Assembly (NCBI GenBank): GCA_002269645.1
Contig: NIVC01002131.1
Location: forward strand, 1-64,000
From: Macrostomum lignano
Lineage: Eukaryota
Direction: 5' to 3'
DNA: 64,000 nt
In this document: in pieces, positions 23,215 through 37,384 of the stretch
How positions within the stretch are numbered: position 1 is the first letter of the stretch
How the letters are laid out: each line of letters starts with the position of its first letter
Position numbers and translations under genes: made by a program
Notes under the pieces: model-generated
Databases searched by the model: none
Told to the model about the DNA's origin: nothing
The model's input: the letters and a program-made list of their open reading frames with translations, nothing else

Positions 23215-25230
23215 GACGTGCAGCTTCGTAACTGTCCCTGTGGGTGAGGATGTCGTAGCAGAGGCTTGATAAAGAATATTCCTCCTACCGCTTGTAAAAA
23301 CTGGCTGCAGTTGGGAGCGTGAAGGAAGGCCTCTTGCCACTCAGCTACAATAAAGGCTTTATTTAAGCCAGAAACTGGAGAGGGGAGGTGACGGGAAAGA
23401 GAGGTGAACGCGAACGGGCAGGTGACACACTGGCTGAAGGACATAAAATAGGGGATACACATTGAACACTGAAGCAAATGGGACCGGGAAAGGCTGACTG
23501 AAGTGAGTGCGGATTGGAGGGATTAAGGTGGAAGGGACGAAATGCGCGTGTGCGCGCTCGCCCTTCGCTTAGTCTCTCTCAGATCCACCGCTCCCTTTCC
23601 TATACTATCAATAATGCTGCGATTCCCGCGGGGTGTACACCAAGGAGACGACGGCGACAGCTAATATAACGCCTACCTAGTTTCATTCGACTCCTCACCG
23701 TGACCCAAGCGAATCAATAGCCCCCGTGTTTGCATTCGGTCGCATCGCTCTATGTTCTAATGACAAGATAGAACTAAACAACTATGGAAATGAATCTTAG
23801 AGGCCAGTCCCATGCTATAGCCAAATATGGAATTGCCACTAGCAGGATTCAGTGAGAAACAGTATATAGTTCTCAGCGCGTGCTCCAATTAAGTCTGAAA
23901 GTGTCGGTTACAGTGCAGTTGGGGAAGAGAAAAATATCCAACTATTATTATTCACTATTAGTGAGCTCTCTGGTTCGCAAACTGACTGGGGACTAACAAT
24001 AACTAAACTTTGACGCGTAGAAAGTACACACTTTTGAATCGATCAGTTCTGGGAGAGATGGGAGAGAGAGAGAGAGAAACCTGAATGAATTGAAGATACC
24101 GGATCATGGCTAAAAGATGCATTGCAAAGATATGGATAAAAAGACTGCATTAGAGAGCCAGGATAGGGACCTGGAGACGGGCGGGCATGACAAATGAGTC
24201 GCAATGACTGAGTTATTTCAGTGAGAAAAGCAACCAGCTACGCGGAGAGCCAGCCCTGTTACTGTTACCTGACAAGCAAACCCCGAGAAGCGCGTTTCCT
24301 CTTTGTCGCGCTCTCATAATACACAGAGCCTATTGACATTGCGTAGGAATAATTAACGGCACACTCACAAGTCACAGCTATACGAGACCTAACCTAAGCC
24401 TGCCCAACAGCGCCTTGAAGTGAATTCATATAGCGAATAACTACGCGCTATATTTTTCTTGAATAATATAGTCTTGAAAAACCCATTTGACGTTGTATCG
24501 CTGTATAATTTTCTTGCATAGAAAACCGAGCCAAAAATGTGAAAAATTGCATGCATGGGCCCTCATTAGCATGGCACACAGCTATACCAACAGAGCCAAG
24601 CCACACAGCTCTCCTGTCCTAAGCATTTAATATTTTGCCTTTTAACTGGGTAACTGAAGCTAGTACCTTGAGCTTGACTATCGCAAGTGAAATTGCTAGC
24701 TACCTGGAATTAAATTAACCAGAAAGACAAGCCAACCGTATGTTGCATATCCAATCAGTTCAAAACCATACAGCAGCGCAATTTAGTGCTTCTTGCCGCT
24801 TTGTGTTCCGCGAGGATTTTTTTGGAACGGAAAAGCCATCAAGTAGCGATTAAAAATGCCCAGGCAGTTTCGAATATCGAGCCGACAGCGCGCCGAGCCA
24901 TTATTCCATGGGTGCACTTTCTTTCATTCGAGAAATTTGCATTGAAATCATCGGAATTCGGTTGATGCGAAACAGAATTCAGTAATGAGAGGCGCAAAAG
25001 TCCAATCGAGCTTGAAATTGACTGAATCTACTTCGAACTTATCGTCACTCAAAAAGAACTAAAGGTTAAACCACGAATTAGGTCTGTGATACCTTTTGGT
25101 AGGTTGAAGTTTTTGAATCAATATTTAGAGTGGTCAAGAAGATGAGAAGCACTTTCTACTTCTATTAGTGCTTGTATGGAAATTCACAAAAAAGCTGGGG
25201 TTACTTTTCTATCCATCTACCTACATATCT

Positions 25231-25343
<113 letters not shown>

Positions 25344-27969
25344 CAGTAGCTACTGTATTGTAAAACGGCAAGTCAGATCGAGTCGAAGTGTGCGTGCCCT
25401 TCTCAGGAGGTCAGACCGGCAAGTTTGTCTCAAATTTACCACTGGGTTGTTGCCGGAGCACAGTGCTCATGAGCTAAGTACTCGTACAGAGTTGATCTGG
25501 GTTAAGACACCTCCATCTGCATTCTATGGCACTCTGCTACCTTTAGTTCAACCCATTGAGCTCACCTTCATGCTGGTCAAGTGCTGGTGTGAAGTGCACA
25601 TTTGAGTTTTGCTTACTTTCAAATTGAACCGTTTTGCCCAAATATGACCCCCAAAACTTGGCAGAATAGAAGCTTCTCCTGGACTGCGAGTGGATTTTTT
25701 TCAGTATATGGCCTATCATCATCCGTCTAAAAATTGAAATCCTATTCCCAGACAAAAGACAAGCCTCACACATGTTCTTCCTTGCTAATGTAGCGGATAG
25801 CAATCCCCATTTAAGATGTAGAATCCTATTTTTTGTAGGAAAAACCACTAATCAGGTGGAGCCGAGAGACCCTTCGCATTCTCTAACGTTTTCCCTTCCA
25901 TGCACAGTCTGGCCCTTCATCTCCCTCTCCCTATACTGCCTTATTTATTTGTTCAATGTCCCGTATGCACAAGCTGAAGCCTGCGTGGGCAAGGGCAATA
26001 AAGAGGTTCAGCCGGGGGGCTCCCACCGCCAGTGCTGGGGAGAATCAAGCACCTCCCAGTTCTAGCTGGGCTGTCCCCACTCACTCTCGCTGCCCTCCCG
26101 ACACAAGCCCAGGTCCTAAAAATTGCCGCGGTCCCGGGTGAAACACAGGGACTAACAAACACTAAACTAAATGGCCTGGCAGTGCTGGGGGCGTTTCCCC
26201 ACAAATGTTGGCTGACTAAGCCACCCAATTTTCTTCACGTATTGGCTCAATTCCGAAGTTCCGAACTGCAACAACCCTTTTTTTGACGGACGAGAAAGTT
26301 GACATTATACGCATTCAATATCTAGGTCATATAGTTTTGCTTTTGCTATCAACTTACCTACTTTATTTTTAAAGTTTTTTGTACTTTTAGTAACGACAGA
26401 AAAGAATCGGAGAGGGTGGAGAAAGGGAGAGAAGAGAGGAGAGGAAAGGGAATAAAGATGATCCGATGAAATATGAGACGAGAGTCGAGATCATGAGATA
26501 GGATAAGATAATAAAAATGAGGTGGTGAGATTGAGATATAAGGTGAAGAAGCGATGAGATAAGAGAATAAGAGAGATGAGATGAGATGAGATGAGATAAG
26601 AGCAGATGAGATTATTTTAGAAGAGATGAGAGATGGGGTCCAGTCCGACAATTTCCTAGTCCAACACACAAAAAGAAAAAAAAAAGTTGTTTTTACCTGT
26701 AAAATAGAATCGGTAAGCTGATCGTTGATAGCAGAGAAATCAGCCAAAAGTTTGATAAATTAATAATAATTTAACTGAAAAATTGTGTTGAAAAGCAGCT
26801 GAATACGGAGAATTAATGGGGATTTGAAGACACGTTGAAAAAAGACAGGGAGCTGCTGCTTTGCGTACTTGGCTTGTCTCTCTCTCCCCTGTCTGGCTGT
26901 TTTGAAGCCCAGGCCTCCCGCTCCCTCCCCCTCTCCTTGGCCCTGCAATCTTCCCTGCGCCCTCTCGGGGTTGGTCGGACGAATCGGGTGGGTGTCGGAT
27001 TCAATGGGGCGCCCCACCCCTTCCTCCTAAAGTCCTAAATAGCACAAGCGACCCACACAGGGAAAGGGAGGCAGGGTCACGTAGAGGTGGTGAGAGGGGT
27101 TGGGGAATAACGCGACACCGCCCACCAAACTCCGTGCTTGGGGAAAAACGGGAAGAGGGCGGTGTCATTCTCCTCCTCGTCCCTCCTTTCTTCTTCCTTT
27201 CAATAGCAAAATTTCCAAACGAGGGGAAGTAGGGGGGCTGGCAGGGGGAGAGACGCTTTACAATGGCACGCCAGCCCCATTGGCTGAGGCAGAGGGCAAA
27301 GGGAAGACGGGGTGAGAAATGGCCAAGGGTCAAACATTTGGAAATGCAGTCCTCACGCCCACCCCAGCCACTATCAACAACTTAGGACTGACTCCCTTTG
27401 GGGAACGCGGTAAGGCTCCCGAGGGGAGGTTTTGGGCTTAGGGGGTGAGGGTGTGGCTAGGGGGACGAGGTGAAAGCGCGGATAAGATAGGGTTAAGTGC
27501 AAATTTCACTTTCCAAATCTTTATGCTCCGCCGCCATGGAAAGAGCTGACTGTGCGGCGATTGCAAAGGGGGTTGCTTTCACAAACGCGAAATTTCACAA
27601 CGGCTAAATCACCTACTTTCATAAACGCGAAACTTCATAACCGCGAAACTTCACAACCTCTAAATCACCTACTTCACCTACTACTTACGCTAAATCACCG
27701 CTAAATCACCTACTTGAAGAGACCAGAGAGAGAATGCCAGCTAGCCAGAGACATTAAAGAGCAAGCGAGGACGTCGCCATGGTTTTTGCGCTTGTTTGGC
27801 GCTCGTAAAATAGCATCTTAGGATGTAAATGCGATGCAGGTTAGATTGAGTCCTCTGAACATTTGTGCAAGCAAGGCGGAGAAGACCTAAAGTAGTGGTT
27901 GGTAGCCAAACTCCGGCCTGCAAAGCCTCTTTATCCGGTCCTCGAGTCTTTTGAAACTTTGAAGTCTTC

Positions 27970-28200
27970 TCTCCTCGCTCCCATTCTCTCTCCTCTCTTC
28001 TCTCATCGCTCCCATTCTCTCTCCTCTCTTCTCTCCTCGCTCCCATTCTCTCTCCTCTCTTCTCTCATCGCTCCCATTCTCTCTCCTCTCTTCTCTCCTC
28101 GCTCCCATTCTCTCTCCTCTCTTCTCTCCTCGCTTCCATTCTCTCTCCTCTCTTCTCTCATCGCTCCCATTCTCTCTCCTCTCTTCTCTCATCGCACACT
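27970..28200. repeat. 31-bp pyrimidine-rich minisatellite (cccattctctctcctctcttctctcctcgct)
   Basis: About 7 units decaying into CT-rich sequence. Confidence 0.9.
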
Positions 28201-29179
28201 TCCTCTCTCCTCTCTTCTCTCCTCGCTCCCCTCCTCTCTCACCTCTTCTCTACTCTCTCCCTTTCTCTCTCCTCCTTCTCTCTTCTATTAAGCTACTAAA
28301 TAGAGCAGTGTAAAGCTAACTGAAGGTATGAAGCTGTTACATTATACAGGAGAGAAGTCAACAACAGATCAGGCTGCGCCACTCGAATAGAATGAAAAAG
28401 AGACTCAGGAGACAGGTGAAGCAATCAGCAAACAGCTGGCGCACAATAGACCGCGATGACTCCGCTAAAAGCATCCGGTTTCCTGCAAAAGCAGTGACCC
28501 ATTTTAGCCAGTCTGCTCTTTGTGCAGGATTTGCCTCACACTGTACATGAATATCAGGCCTTCAGCAAGTCATGCAGGATAAGAAACGCTTCAACCGAGG
28601 CAGGAAAAGAGTCGCCAAGGCTGCCTATCTGGTGCTGAAAGAACATTTAGAAATTGGCATCGATTCCAGAAATTGACTGATTGGCTACCGCATGCAATTT
28701 TGTTTGCGAACTTGTATCGCCTCTGCGTGTATGCGGCAAATATATAGAGGAAAATTGAGCTAAGCTCATGGCCTAGGCAAGAGAGCTGGCCATTTTCAAC
28801 GGGGGGGGGGGCAGGAAGCTTAGTCTATCCGAGCACATGAGCTCCGAGCTGTAATTTGGAAGCTTAATTTTAGAATGCATTTTGCTAATTGACTGATGGC
28901 GAGTTTCAAGCGATTTGGGATCGAAAAGCAAATTGCGGAATTAAAATTGAACTGAATTAGGGGAGTCACTAAGGAAAATGTGTAGGGAAATTATGAGTTA
29001 GGGATAAAGTTTTGTTTGGACTTTTTGTGAACTCAGTTTTTTACAGGGCAACCGCAATAGTGCGGTGAATGCTCAACGGTGTGTAGAGTGCTCAACCCAA
29101 TCGTGTGTAGAAGTGCTCAAATCCATCGTTTTTTGACGACTTCGTTTTGGTCAGTTATCGCCCTGTATTTTTAAGTCAT

Positions 29180-29700
29180 AAACCAAAAGTGTGAAGCAAG
29201 GCTACACCATGCAGAACATGAGGCAGTACTCATAAGCCGTGATGGTCACTGCGCCTTGGATCAGCTCTGCATCCTTCCCCCATAATTCCACTCTCACAAT
29301 CGTGAACAACAAACCGGCAGTAACGAGATGGGATTTCAAGGGATAAAATGGGAGTTGCCGACTGGCAGATTGGCGGGATTTGGGGTCTCGCGCATAGCGC
29401 CCTAAAATAGCTGATAGCGCGTGTCAACACCATCGCGCAGGCTCGTTGAGTAACGATTTTTTTGGACGGGGCTAAAGGGGAGAATTTCTTCTCCATACGG
29501 GATATCAAACAGAGTTCTGGAGAGTTCAAACGGAACTGGGTAAGACATTATGCGTCCACTGTGTTGTGTGACATGCTGCCTTCATCGATCAAGGAAGGCC
29601 GAGGACTGGGTCCGCTGGAGGAGCCTGGCTTGGGGTCTGACCGAAGGGTCGGCCAAGAGGACAGGCTGTCCGGGTGGGCACAGATTGCCAAGTGCTGATA
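29180..29700 (+). mobile_element. Possible decayed LINE reverse-transcriptase C-terminal fragment
   Basis: Broken frames give 'LHHAEHEAVLISR' (cf. non-LTR thumb 'KTEAVLIS') and 'VLCDMLPSSIKEGRGL' (cf. CR1/L2-group 'LWNxLPxxIK'); recognised from memory only. Confidence 0.3.
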
Positions 29701-30042
29701 TCGGCCTGTCCGAGGCAAAGATCCTACTTATTTCTTGGCCTCCTCTTTCGGTTCCTCGGTTTGGGAATTTTTTTGGGCAAATGTGGGGTAGGCAATGGAC
29801 AAATAGACCCGACGTCTGCCCGTCTTAGTGTTTGACTAGGTTTCAGTTTGGCTGCAGTTTCGTTATGGAAATCTCCATCAAATAGGCAATTTTACTGTTA
29901 CAGGTTTAGACTCCACTCACAGGTTTATCGGGGTGAGATGGGAGAATTCACTTCAGCAGGATCTTCAGTCTCTAGAAATCGAAGATTTATCTGTAGATGA
30001 GGAATTAATTAGAGGGTTCACGGGAATTCACGGGAGAGTGAC

Positions 30043-30730
30043 TGCTGACTTCACCGGAGAGTGACTGAAGACTTCACCGGAGAGTGACTGAAGACTTCAC
30101 CGGAGAGTGACTGCTGACTTCACCGGAGAGTGACTGAAGACTTCACCGGAGAGTGACTGAAGACTTCACCGGAGAGTGACTGAAGACTTCACCGGAGAGT
30201 GACTGAAGACTTCACCGGAGAGTGACTGAAGACTTCACCGGAGAGTGACTGCTGACTTCACCGGAGAGTGACTGAAGACTTCACCGGAGAGTGACTGCTG
30301 ACTTCACCGGAGAGTGACTGAAGACTTCACCGGAGAGTGACTGAAGACTTCACCGGAGAGTGACTGCTGACTTCACCGGAGAGTGACTGAAGACTTCACC
30401 GGAGAGTGACTGCTGACTTCACCGGAGAGTGACTGAAGACTTCACCGGAGAGTGACTGAAGACTTCACCGGAGAGTGACTGAAGACTTCACCGGAGAGTG
30501 ACTGCTGACTTCACCGGAGAGTGACTGCTGACTTCACCGGAGAGTGACTGATGACTTCACCGGAGAGTGACTGCTGACTTCACCGGAGAGTGACCGAAGA
30601 CTTCACCAGAGAGTGACTGAAGACTTCACCGGAGAGTGACCGAAGACTTCACCGGAGAGTGACTGAAGACTTCACCGGAGAGTGACTGAAGACTTCACCG
30701 GAGAGTGACTGAAGACTTCACCGGAGAGTT
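30043..30730. repeat. 23-bp minisatellite (gtgactgaagacttcaccggaga)
   Basis: About 30 units with interspersed gaa/gct variants. Confidence 0.97.
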
Positions 30731-31554
30731 ACTGTATAGCTCTCATTGGGATTCTTCAGTTAAAAGCAAATTAAAATTTGTTCCCGAAGTTTCAAGATTT
30801 TAAAGTGCATTCCGACCATGCAATGGCGCGGTGCATTTCAATTTCATTCTCTCCACCAATATTGCGCCGCCAGCTCGCAGATCCCATATCCCGGATCTCG
30901 ATGGAATGCGCGCGACTTTAGCTGCGCACTTGAAATAATATGCAGGTTTTCAACGAAATGAGCCCGGGAGTTATTTTACACTGGAGCCGGGGAAGGGGGT
31001 ACCAGCGCACAAGCCCCTATCCCTGTTCACTAAATACACAGCAGGTAAAATGTTCCAAGTAGCCATAGTGCAGAAGGGACCAACTAGCTATGAGATCAAC
31101 GCACAAGGATTAAGTTCAGTTTAACTTGCATTAGAGCCGCAGGTAGGTTGGGTAAGTAAAATTGCGTGTTAAAACAAAGCAGCAAACTTCAATAAATGAT
31201 AAACTCGAATCTTGCTGTGATAAACAAATCGGCGTATAGATCTGCAGACTGCTGGGTAGTAAACTTTGGCATGGGTGTTGAAGGCTACAAGACGCAATTT
31301 TGGTTGCTTGACTGACTCTGGCTTTTAGACTAACACTCGTGCCTGGAACTAAAAATCACGCATAGTTAAGTTTAAAGAGCCAAGGACCACAAAATCAAAA
31401 CAATATCAACTGCTGCAGTTGCCGACTATGGTATCCTGAGATTCTGTCTTCATATTCTCTTGCGTATATAAAAAATAAGTTCAACGTACAAATTTTGATT
31501 TTATATTCTTCTTCTGCAACTTTTACTAACATTAACTAGAAACCGACGTTAGAA

Positions 31555-32235
31555 AACGACACTGAGGACTGGGGAGTAACGACACTGAGGACTGGGGAGT
31601 AACGACACTGAGGACTGGGGAGTAACGACACTGAGGACTGGGGAGTAACGACACTGAGGACTGGGGAGTAACGACACTGAGGACTGGGGAGTAACAACAC
31701 TGAGGAGGGCAGTAGCGACACTGAGGACTGGGGAGTAACGACACTGAGGACTGGGGAGTAACGACACTGAGGACTGGGGAGTAACGACACTGAGGAGGGG
31801 AGTAACGACACTGAGGACTGGGGAGTAACGACACTGAGGAGGGGAGTAACGACACTGAGGACTGGGGAGTAACGACACTGAGGAGGGGAGTAACGACACT
31901 GAGGAAGGGAGTAACGACACTGAGGACTGGGGAGTAACGACACTGAGGACTGGGGAGTAACGACACTGAGGACTGGGGAGTAACGACACTGAGGACTGGG
32001 GAGTAACGACACTGAGGAGGGGAGTAACGGCACTGAGGACTGGGGAGTAACGACACTGAGGACTGGGGAGTAACGACACTGAGGACTGGGGAGTAACGAC
32101 ACTGAGGAGGGGAGTAACGACACTGAGGAGGGCAGTAGCGACACTGAGGACTGGGGAGTAACGACACTGAGGAAGGGAGTAACGACACTGAGGAGGGGAG
32201 CAAAGACACTGAGGAAGAGAGTAACGACACTGAGG
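31555..32235. repeat. 23/21-bp minisatellite (gacactgaggactggggagtaac)
   Basis: Tandem units; explains the low-complexity ORFs at 31532-32246. Confidence 0.96.
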
Positions 32236-32703
32236 CTGCAGCCCATTTTCTTTAGTTACGGTTCTTACCTAATAAATCATTTCTAAGGCACCAGTAAAGT
32301 ACTTTCTAGCCGTGAACGAAGGCACTAGCTGTTAATGCATACTAAATAAAGTGGCTGAGAGGCCCAAACTCAAAGCTATCAAATGCTGCTCCAAAGTTGA
32401 CAGCAAACAGTGCAAGCGGAAAGCAAAAAAAATGAATAAAGCGAATAAAAAACGCTCGCTTATACGGGATAATTGGGAAAACTAATATGACAGAAAGCTA
32501 AGCCTGAGCAATTTCCGTTGGGAGAGCGGGAAACGGAAAATTGAAGTGACTGACTAACTGTCCACGGCTGCAGTGGCTCTGTGGCGAACTGGTCATATAT
32601 TTATAATTATTGGTACAGTTCTATCGCCACTAACTGCTACATTACTGCTACTTCAGAGTCCTACTGTAAAGTTTGTAATTTCGAGTGGCAATATTTAAAA
32701 ATA

Positions 32704-33697
32704 CGAGGGGTGTCCAAAAAGTAGTGATACTTTTAACCGTAGCTCTCGTTCTGTAGCTTCCTGTGATTTAAAATTTTATGAACTGATAGCGGAAAATCTC
32801 TTCTACAGACTGCTTTTTGAATTTTTAAAATTGATCCCAGAGAACAAAAGTTATACCCACAAAAGTAACAGTACCTGTACCATAGAGTTACACAAATTAT
32901 AGGCTGAGCTTCACGAGATCCATGCCGAGTAAGCTTCGATGAATTGTTGATTTCGGCTTGTCCAACCTGTCAGCGATCTCTCTAATGGTCATTCGGGAGT
33001 CCTCGTCAAGAAGATTCAGAATGGAGTCCGCCAGTACATCAGGTCGATGAACGTATGGCCGCCCCGTCCAATGCTGATCTGCCAAGTCAATCCTTCCCTC
33101 GCTGAACTGCTCCATCCATCGATAAACTGTCATTTTGCTGACCGCAGAGGATCCGTGCGCAGAGCAAAGTTTTGCGTGAATTTCTGAGGCACCATGGCCA
33201 GCGCCCCAAAGAGTGAAGATAGTACTTTGCTGAGCAACAACTGAGTGCACATTCATGTGTGTTGTCGAGTATGGGCAATGAAATCATGAACGAATCGCAA
33301 AATGCAAGCGATCCTCTGTTTGCAAGTAAAGTAATGCATTTAATGCTTTATTTTTCTGCGCCTGATCCCGTCCATAGATAAATTTCAGTCAGTCACAGTG
33401 AGCAACATTTTGCAATTGGGGTTTGGTATTGCTTAAACAAGACATTTATCGATGCCTTCTTAATGAATGAGTGCAGAAGTCAACTACTATAAATTTCGAT
33501 ATAATTTGTGTAACTCTATGGTACAGGTACTGTTACTTTCGTGGGTATAACTTTTGTTCTCTAGTATCAATTTTAAAAATTCAAAAAGCAGTCTGTAGAA
33601 GAGATTTTCCGCTATCAGTTCATAAAATTTTAAATCACAGGAAGCTACAGAACGAGAGCTACGGTTAAAAGTATCACTACTTTTTGGACACCCCTCG
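32704..33697 (-). mobile_element. Internally deleted mariner with 198-bp inverted termini, TA TSD, and only the N-terminal HTH part of the transposase (33256-32897)
   Basis: TA|cgaggggtgtccaaaaag ... ctttttggacacccctcg|TA; 32704-32901 is a near-perfect inversion of 33500-33697; ORF 'ASEIHAKL..VSKMTVYRWMEQFSEGRIDLAD..GRP..RMTIREIA' is the mariner bipartite HTH. Confidence 0.93.
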
Positions 33698-33799
33698 TAG
33701 ATGATAATTTCAGCGTGTCGGCTTCAGCCTTTGATGATTGTTTAAGCTTAAAAAATATTTAAATCGGTTAAAAGGAGAAGTAAGGAAGGGGTTTGAGGT

Positions 33800-34145
33800 G
33801 TACGCTGATGGGGTAGTTGGAGTGAGGAGTTTGAGAGGTTTGAGGTGTACACAGACTGGTAGAAGGAATGAGGGGTTTGAGGTGTACACAGAGGGGGTAG
33901 TAGGAGTGAGGGGTTTGAGGTGTACACAGAGGGGTAATAGGAGTGAGGGGTTTGAGGTGTACACAGAGGGGTAATAGGAGTGAGGGGTTTGAGGTGTACA
34001 CAGAGGGGTAGTAGGAGTGAGGGGTTTGAGGTGTACACAGAGGGGGTAGTAGGAGTGAGGGGTTTGAGGTGTACACAGAGGGGTAATAGGAGTGAGGGGT
34101 TTGAGGTGTACACAGAGGGGTAATAGGAGTGAGGGGTTTGAGGTG
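33800..34145. repeat. ~37-bp minisatellite (gaggggtttgaggtgtacacagaggggtaataggagt)
   Basis: About 9 units. Confidence 0.93.
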
Positions 34146-34639
34146 TCGGGAGATTGGGTTTGACACAGGGTGCATGCAGAAAACGGGAAAATTTCAAAGC
34201 AAAAAGATTTAGATAGCTAAAAAAAAATGATAAAGATAAAACACAGACATTACGAGGGTAATTAAAACCCGCAGTGAAGGAAGAGTTTAAGAAACGTTCA
34301 GAGAGGGTCAGACTCAACATACCAATTTCTTTGCAACGCTCTCTAAGTCACAATACATGTAATTCTATTTAGACTCACAAGTTACAAACCAAGTTCACGG
34401 TTGAGCAAAGGAATCACTCGGTTCACGTGACCCATGAATTAAAAAACTAAGATTGCAATGAGAAATCTATACAGAAAATGTTGAGGCTTATAGGCTGGTG
34501 GTATTCTATATTTGCTCCGTGGCTGAGCAGGTGAATGATTTGAAACACTAAACCACCCGAGAGGGAATTCCGGACTTCAGTAATGTATTGGGAATCGCAT
34601 ATACAGTGGGAAAAAGCCTTTCCGTATATCCTTTCTCCC

Positions 34640-35050
34640 CAAAGTCTTACTATCCATATACGCACGAGCTTTATAAATCTTTTTTCCGATAATAAAAGGC
34701 AAAGGCAGGCTAGCTTGAGCAGTTCTCTACCCCCTTAATAAATAGGTCAGATTCGATATCTACAATCCAGTTTGCTGATCAAGTAGATCGAGTCCAGTTG
34801 AGTAGAGAAAGGACTCCTCAAAGTGGGAAGCCAGTTGAATAGGGCAGAACAGGCCTCCAATGGGAAACTTTTCTTGAGCTTAGAAAAATCCCCGTCAACA
34901 CTTGGGAAGGAATGGAAGAAGTTTTATCCACTGTGAGTAGCTTAGACTGAACTCGTGCTCAAACCCGCTGAGCTGCTTATTTGCTGTGAAGTTCCGCATT
35001 CCGGCCTTCAACTACCCAAACCAGCTGATCTCCCGAAGATTGCCGCATTA
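34640..35050 (-). mobile_element. Decayed non-LTR retrotransposon RT fragment
   Basis: Minus strand reads 'LTGIFLSSRK..STGFPL*GVLSLLNW' (cf. GxPQGGVLSPLLW), then 'RAYMDS' (cf. YADD), with stops. Confidence 0.4.
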
Positions 35051-35254
35051 TTCCGTTTGCCATCGACTATTCATGTATAAATTAAACAGAGACTCAGATC
35101 AGGGGGCTCACTAGATCTGGGATCTGGGAACAGTCTGCTCTCAGATCCTCAGATGCCTCACAGAATTCCCTTGCTGAGCAGCTCGACTGCGCCTGCTGCT
35201 TACAGGGGCTCAGCCTGTCATCTCTACAGCTCTCCTGCCACTCTTTCTATCCCC

Positions 35255-36210
35255 TTCATCCAGTCTCACTCTCTTCCCCTTCATCCAGTCTCACTCTTCC
35301 CCTTCATTCAGTCTCACTCTCTTCCCCTTCATTCAGTCTCACTCTCTTCCCCTTCATCCAGTCTCACTCTCTTCCCCTTCATTCAGTCTCACTCTCTTCC
35401 CCTTCATTCAGTCTCACTCTCTTCCCCTTCATCCAGTCTCACTCTCTTCCCCTTCATCCAGTCTCACTCTCTTCCCCTTCATCCAGTCTCACTCTCTGAC
35501 CCTTCATCCAGTCTCACTCTCTGACCCTTCATCCAGTCTCACTCTCTCCCCTTCATCCAGTCTCACTCTCTGACTCTTCATCCAGTCTCACTCCCCTTTC
35601 ATTCAGTCTCATCCTCTTCCCCTTCATCCAGTCTCACTCTCTTCCACTTCATCCAGTCTCACTCTCTTCCACTTCATCCAGTCTCACTCTCTTCCCCTTC
35701 ATCCAGTCTCACTCCCTTCATCCAGTCTCACTCCCTCTTCATTCAGTCTCACTCTCTTCCCCTTCATCCAGTCTCACTCTCTCCCCTTCATCCAGTCTCA
35801 CTCTCTCCCCTTCATCCAGTCTCACTCTCTCCCCCTTCATCCAGTCTCACTCTCTTCCCCTTCATCCAGTCTCACTCTCTTCCCCTTCATCCAGTCTCAC
35901 TCTCTCCCCTTCATCCAGTCTCACTCTCTGACTCTTCATCCAGTCTCACTCCCCTTTCATTCAGTCTCATCCTCTTCCCCTTCATCCAGTCTCACTCTCT
36001 CCCCCTTCATTCAGTCTCACTCTCTCCCCTTCATCCAGTCCCACTCCCCCTTCATCCAGTCTCACTCCCTTCCCTTCATCCAGTCTCACTCCCTTCCCTT
36101 CATCCAGTCTCACTCTCTCCCCCTTCATCCAGTCTCACTCCCTTCCCTTCATCCAGTCTCACTCCCTTCCCTTCATCCAGTCTCACTCTCTCCCCCTTCA
36201 TCCAGTCTCC
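35255..36210. repeat. ~25-bp pyrimidine-rich minisatellite (ccttcatccagtctcactctcttcc)
   Basis: About 40 length-variable units. Confidence 0.95.
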
Positions 36211-37384
36211 TTCCCCGTCCTCCAGACTCTCTCGCTCTTTTCGTTATATAGTATATTTTATCTCATTAATAACCGTCATTAATTAAAGGTACAGTCTATA
36301 AAAAAATTGGCAAACATCCGGCACACAAAGCCAGTTGCCAAATGAGCAGCTCTCAGCCGGGTTGCGAGTTTATTAAGGCACTCACCAAATTGAATCCTTT
36401 TCAGCGCGCTGGACAAAAGATGACTGCTGGTCAATTATGAGTTAAAAGAAGAATATATTTTTCAATAGACTATTCTCGTTTTCTTTCTCTCTGTCGTTGT
36501 GTTTTCAGCTCTGAGCCAAAGCGATACGTAGGAATTTCACACCGCAACGCTCTCGTTGTTCGAAGCTGTCAGTCAGCTTTTTTCCGAGTATTTCACTCTC
36601 TCCAACTTACACACACAGCCCAGTAGAAATAATTACCTCTACTCTATTGTTCTGCCCTGTAAGCTCCTATAATCTTAGGAGGCTGCATTTTCACCTGGGT
36701 GTACAATGAGCACACACACGCGCACACGCACTGCTCCGATTAAGTGCTCCCCCGTGTGCAAGACCACAATTGGTCAGCTATAATTTCCTCTCTGTCCTAC
36801 CTCACTCTCATTTCTATAGCTACACACGTGCTATGCAGAGCTTAAGCCTCCTGCAGTTTTCTGCAGCATTCTGCAGTGTTTTCTCACGCAATACCCTTCA
36901 ATTGAAGAGGTGTGGGGGGGGCCTGTTTTGGCATGCCACAATCAAGAGAACTTATTCCCCCCCCCGCAAATTTCTCACTCGCTTTCGATGCGTCACTGGC
37001 ATGGAAACAGGATTTGCACATGTGCCACAAGGCCGCGGTGGCTTGGCCATGACATGAAAGAACTGAGAGCGAGAGAGAGAGAGCGAGCGAGTTGAGACAT
37101 TGCAGCTGGACCACACTCGTGCCAAAATACACAACCGCGTGGCGATCCGTTTTCGAAGTTAGAAATTCAAGTCTTTTCGTTTTCTTTGCCGGCTTTGATC
37201 TCTTTTGTTTCCTAAATTCGAGCTTTTGTGCTTGTGTGCTTCGAAGTAATATGGGACAGGTTGGGCCATAGACAATCAAGTCTATGGAATTGGACATCCA
37301 AACTTGCAGACTTGCAAACTTGCAAGTTATCACTTGTCAGACTTGGACTTGCAGCACTGATGTTGTTTAGAATACATATGAAGC

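Noticed and set aside
30043-30730. CTGAAGA in every 23-bp unit, suggesting tandem hammerheads (retrozyme or newt-satellite type)
   Set aside because: No GAAA or stem III follows, so the catalytic core is incomplete.
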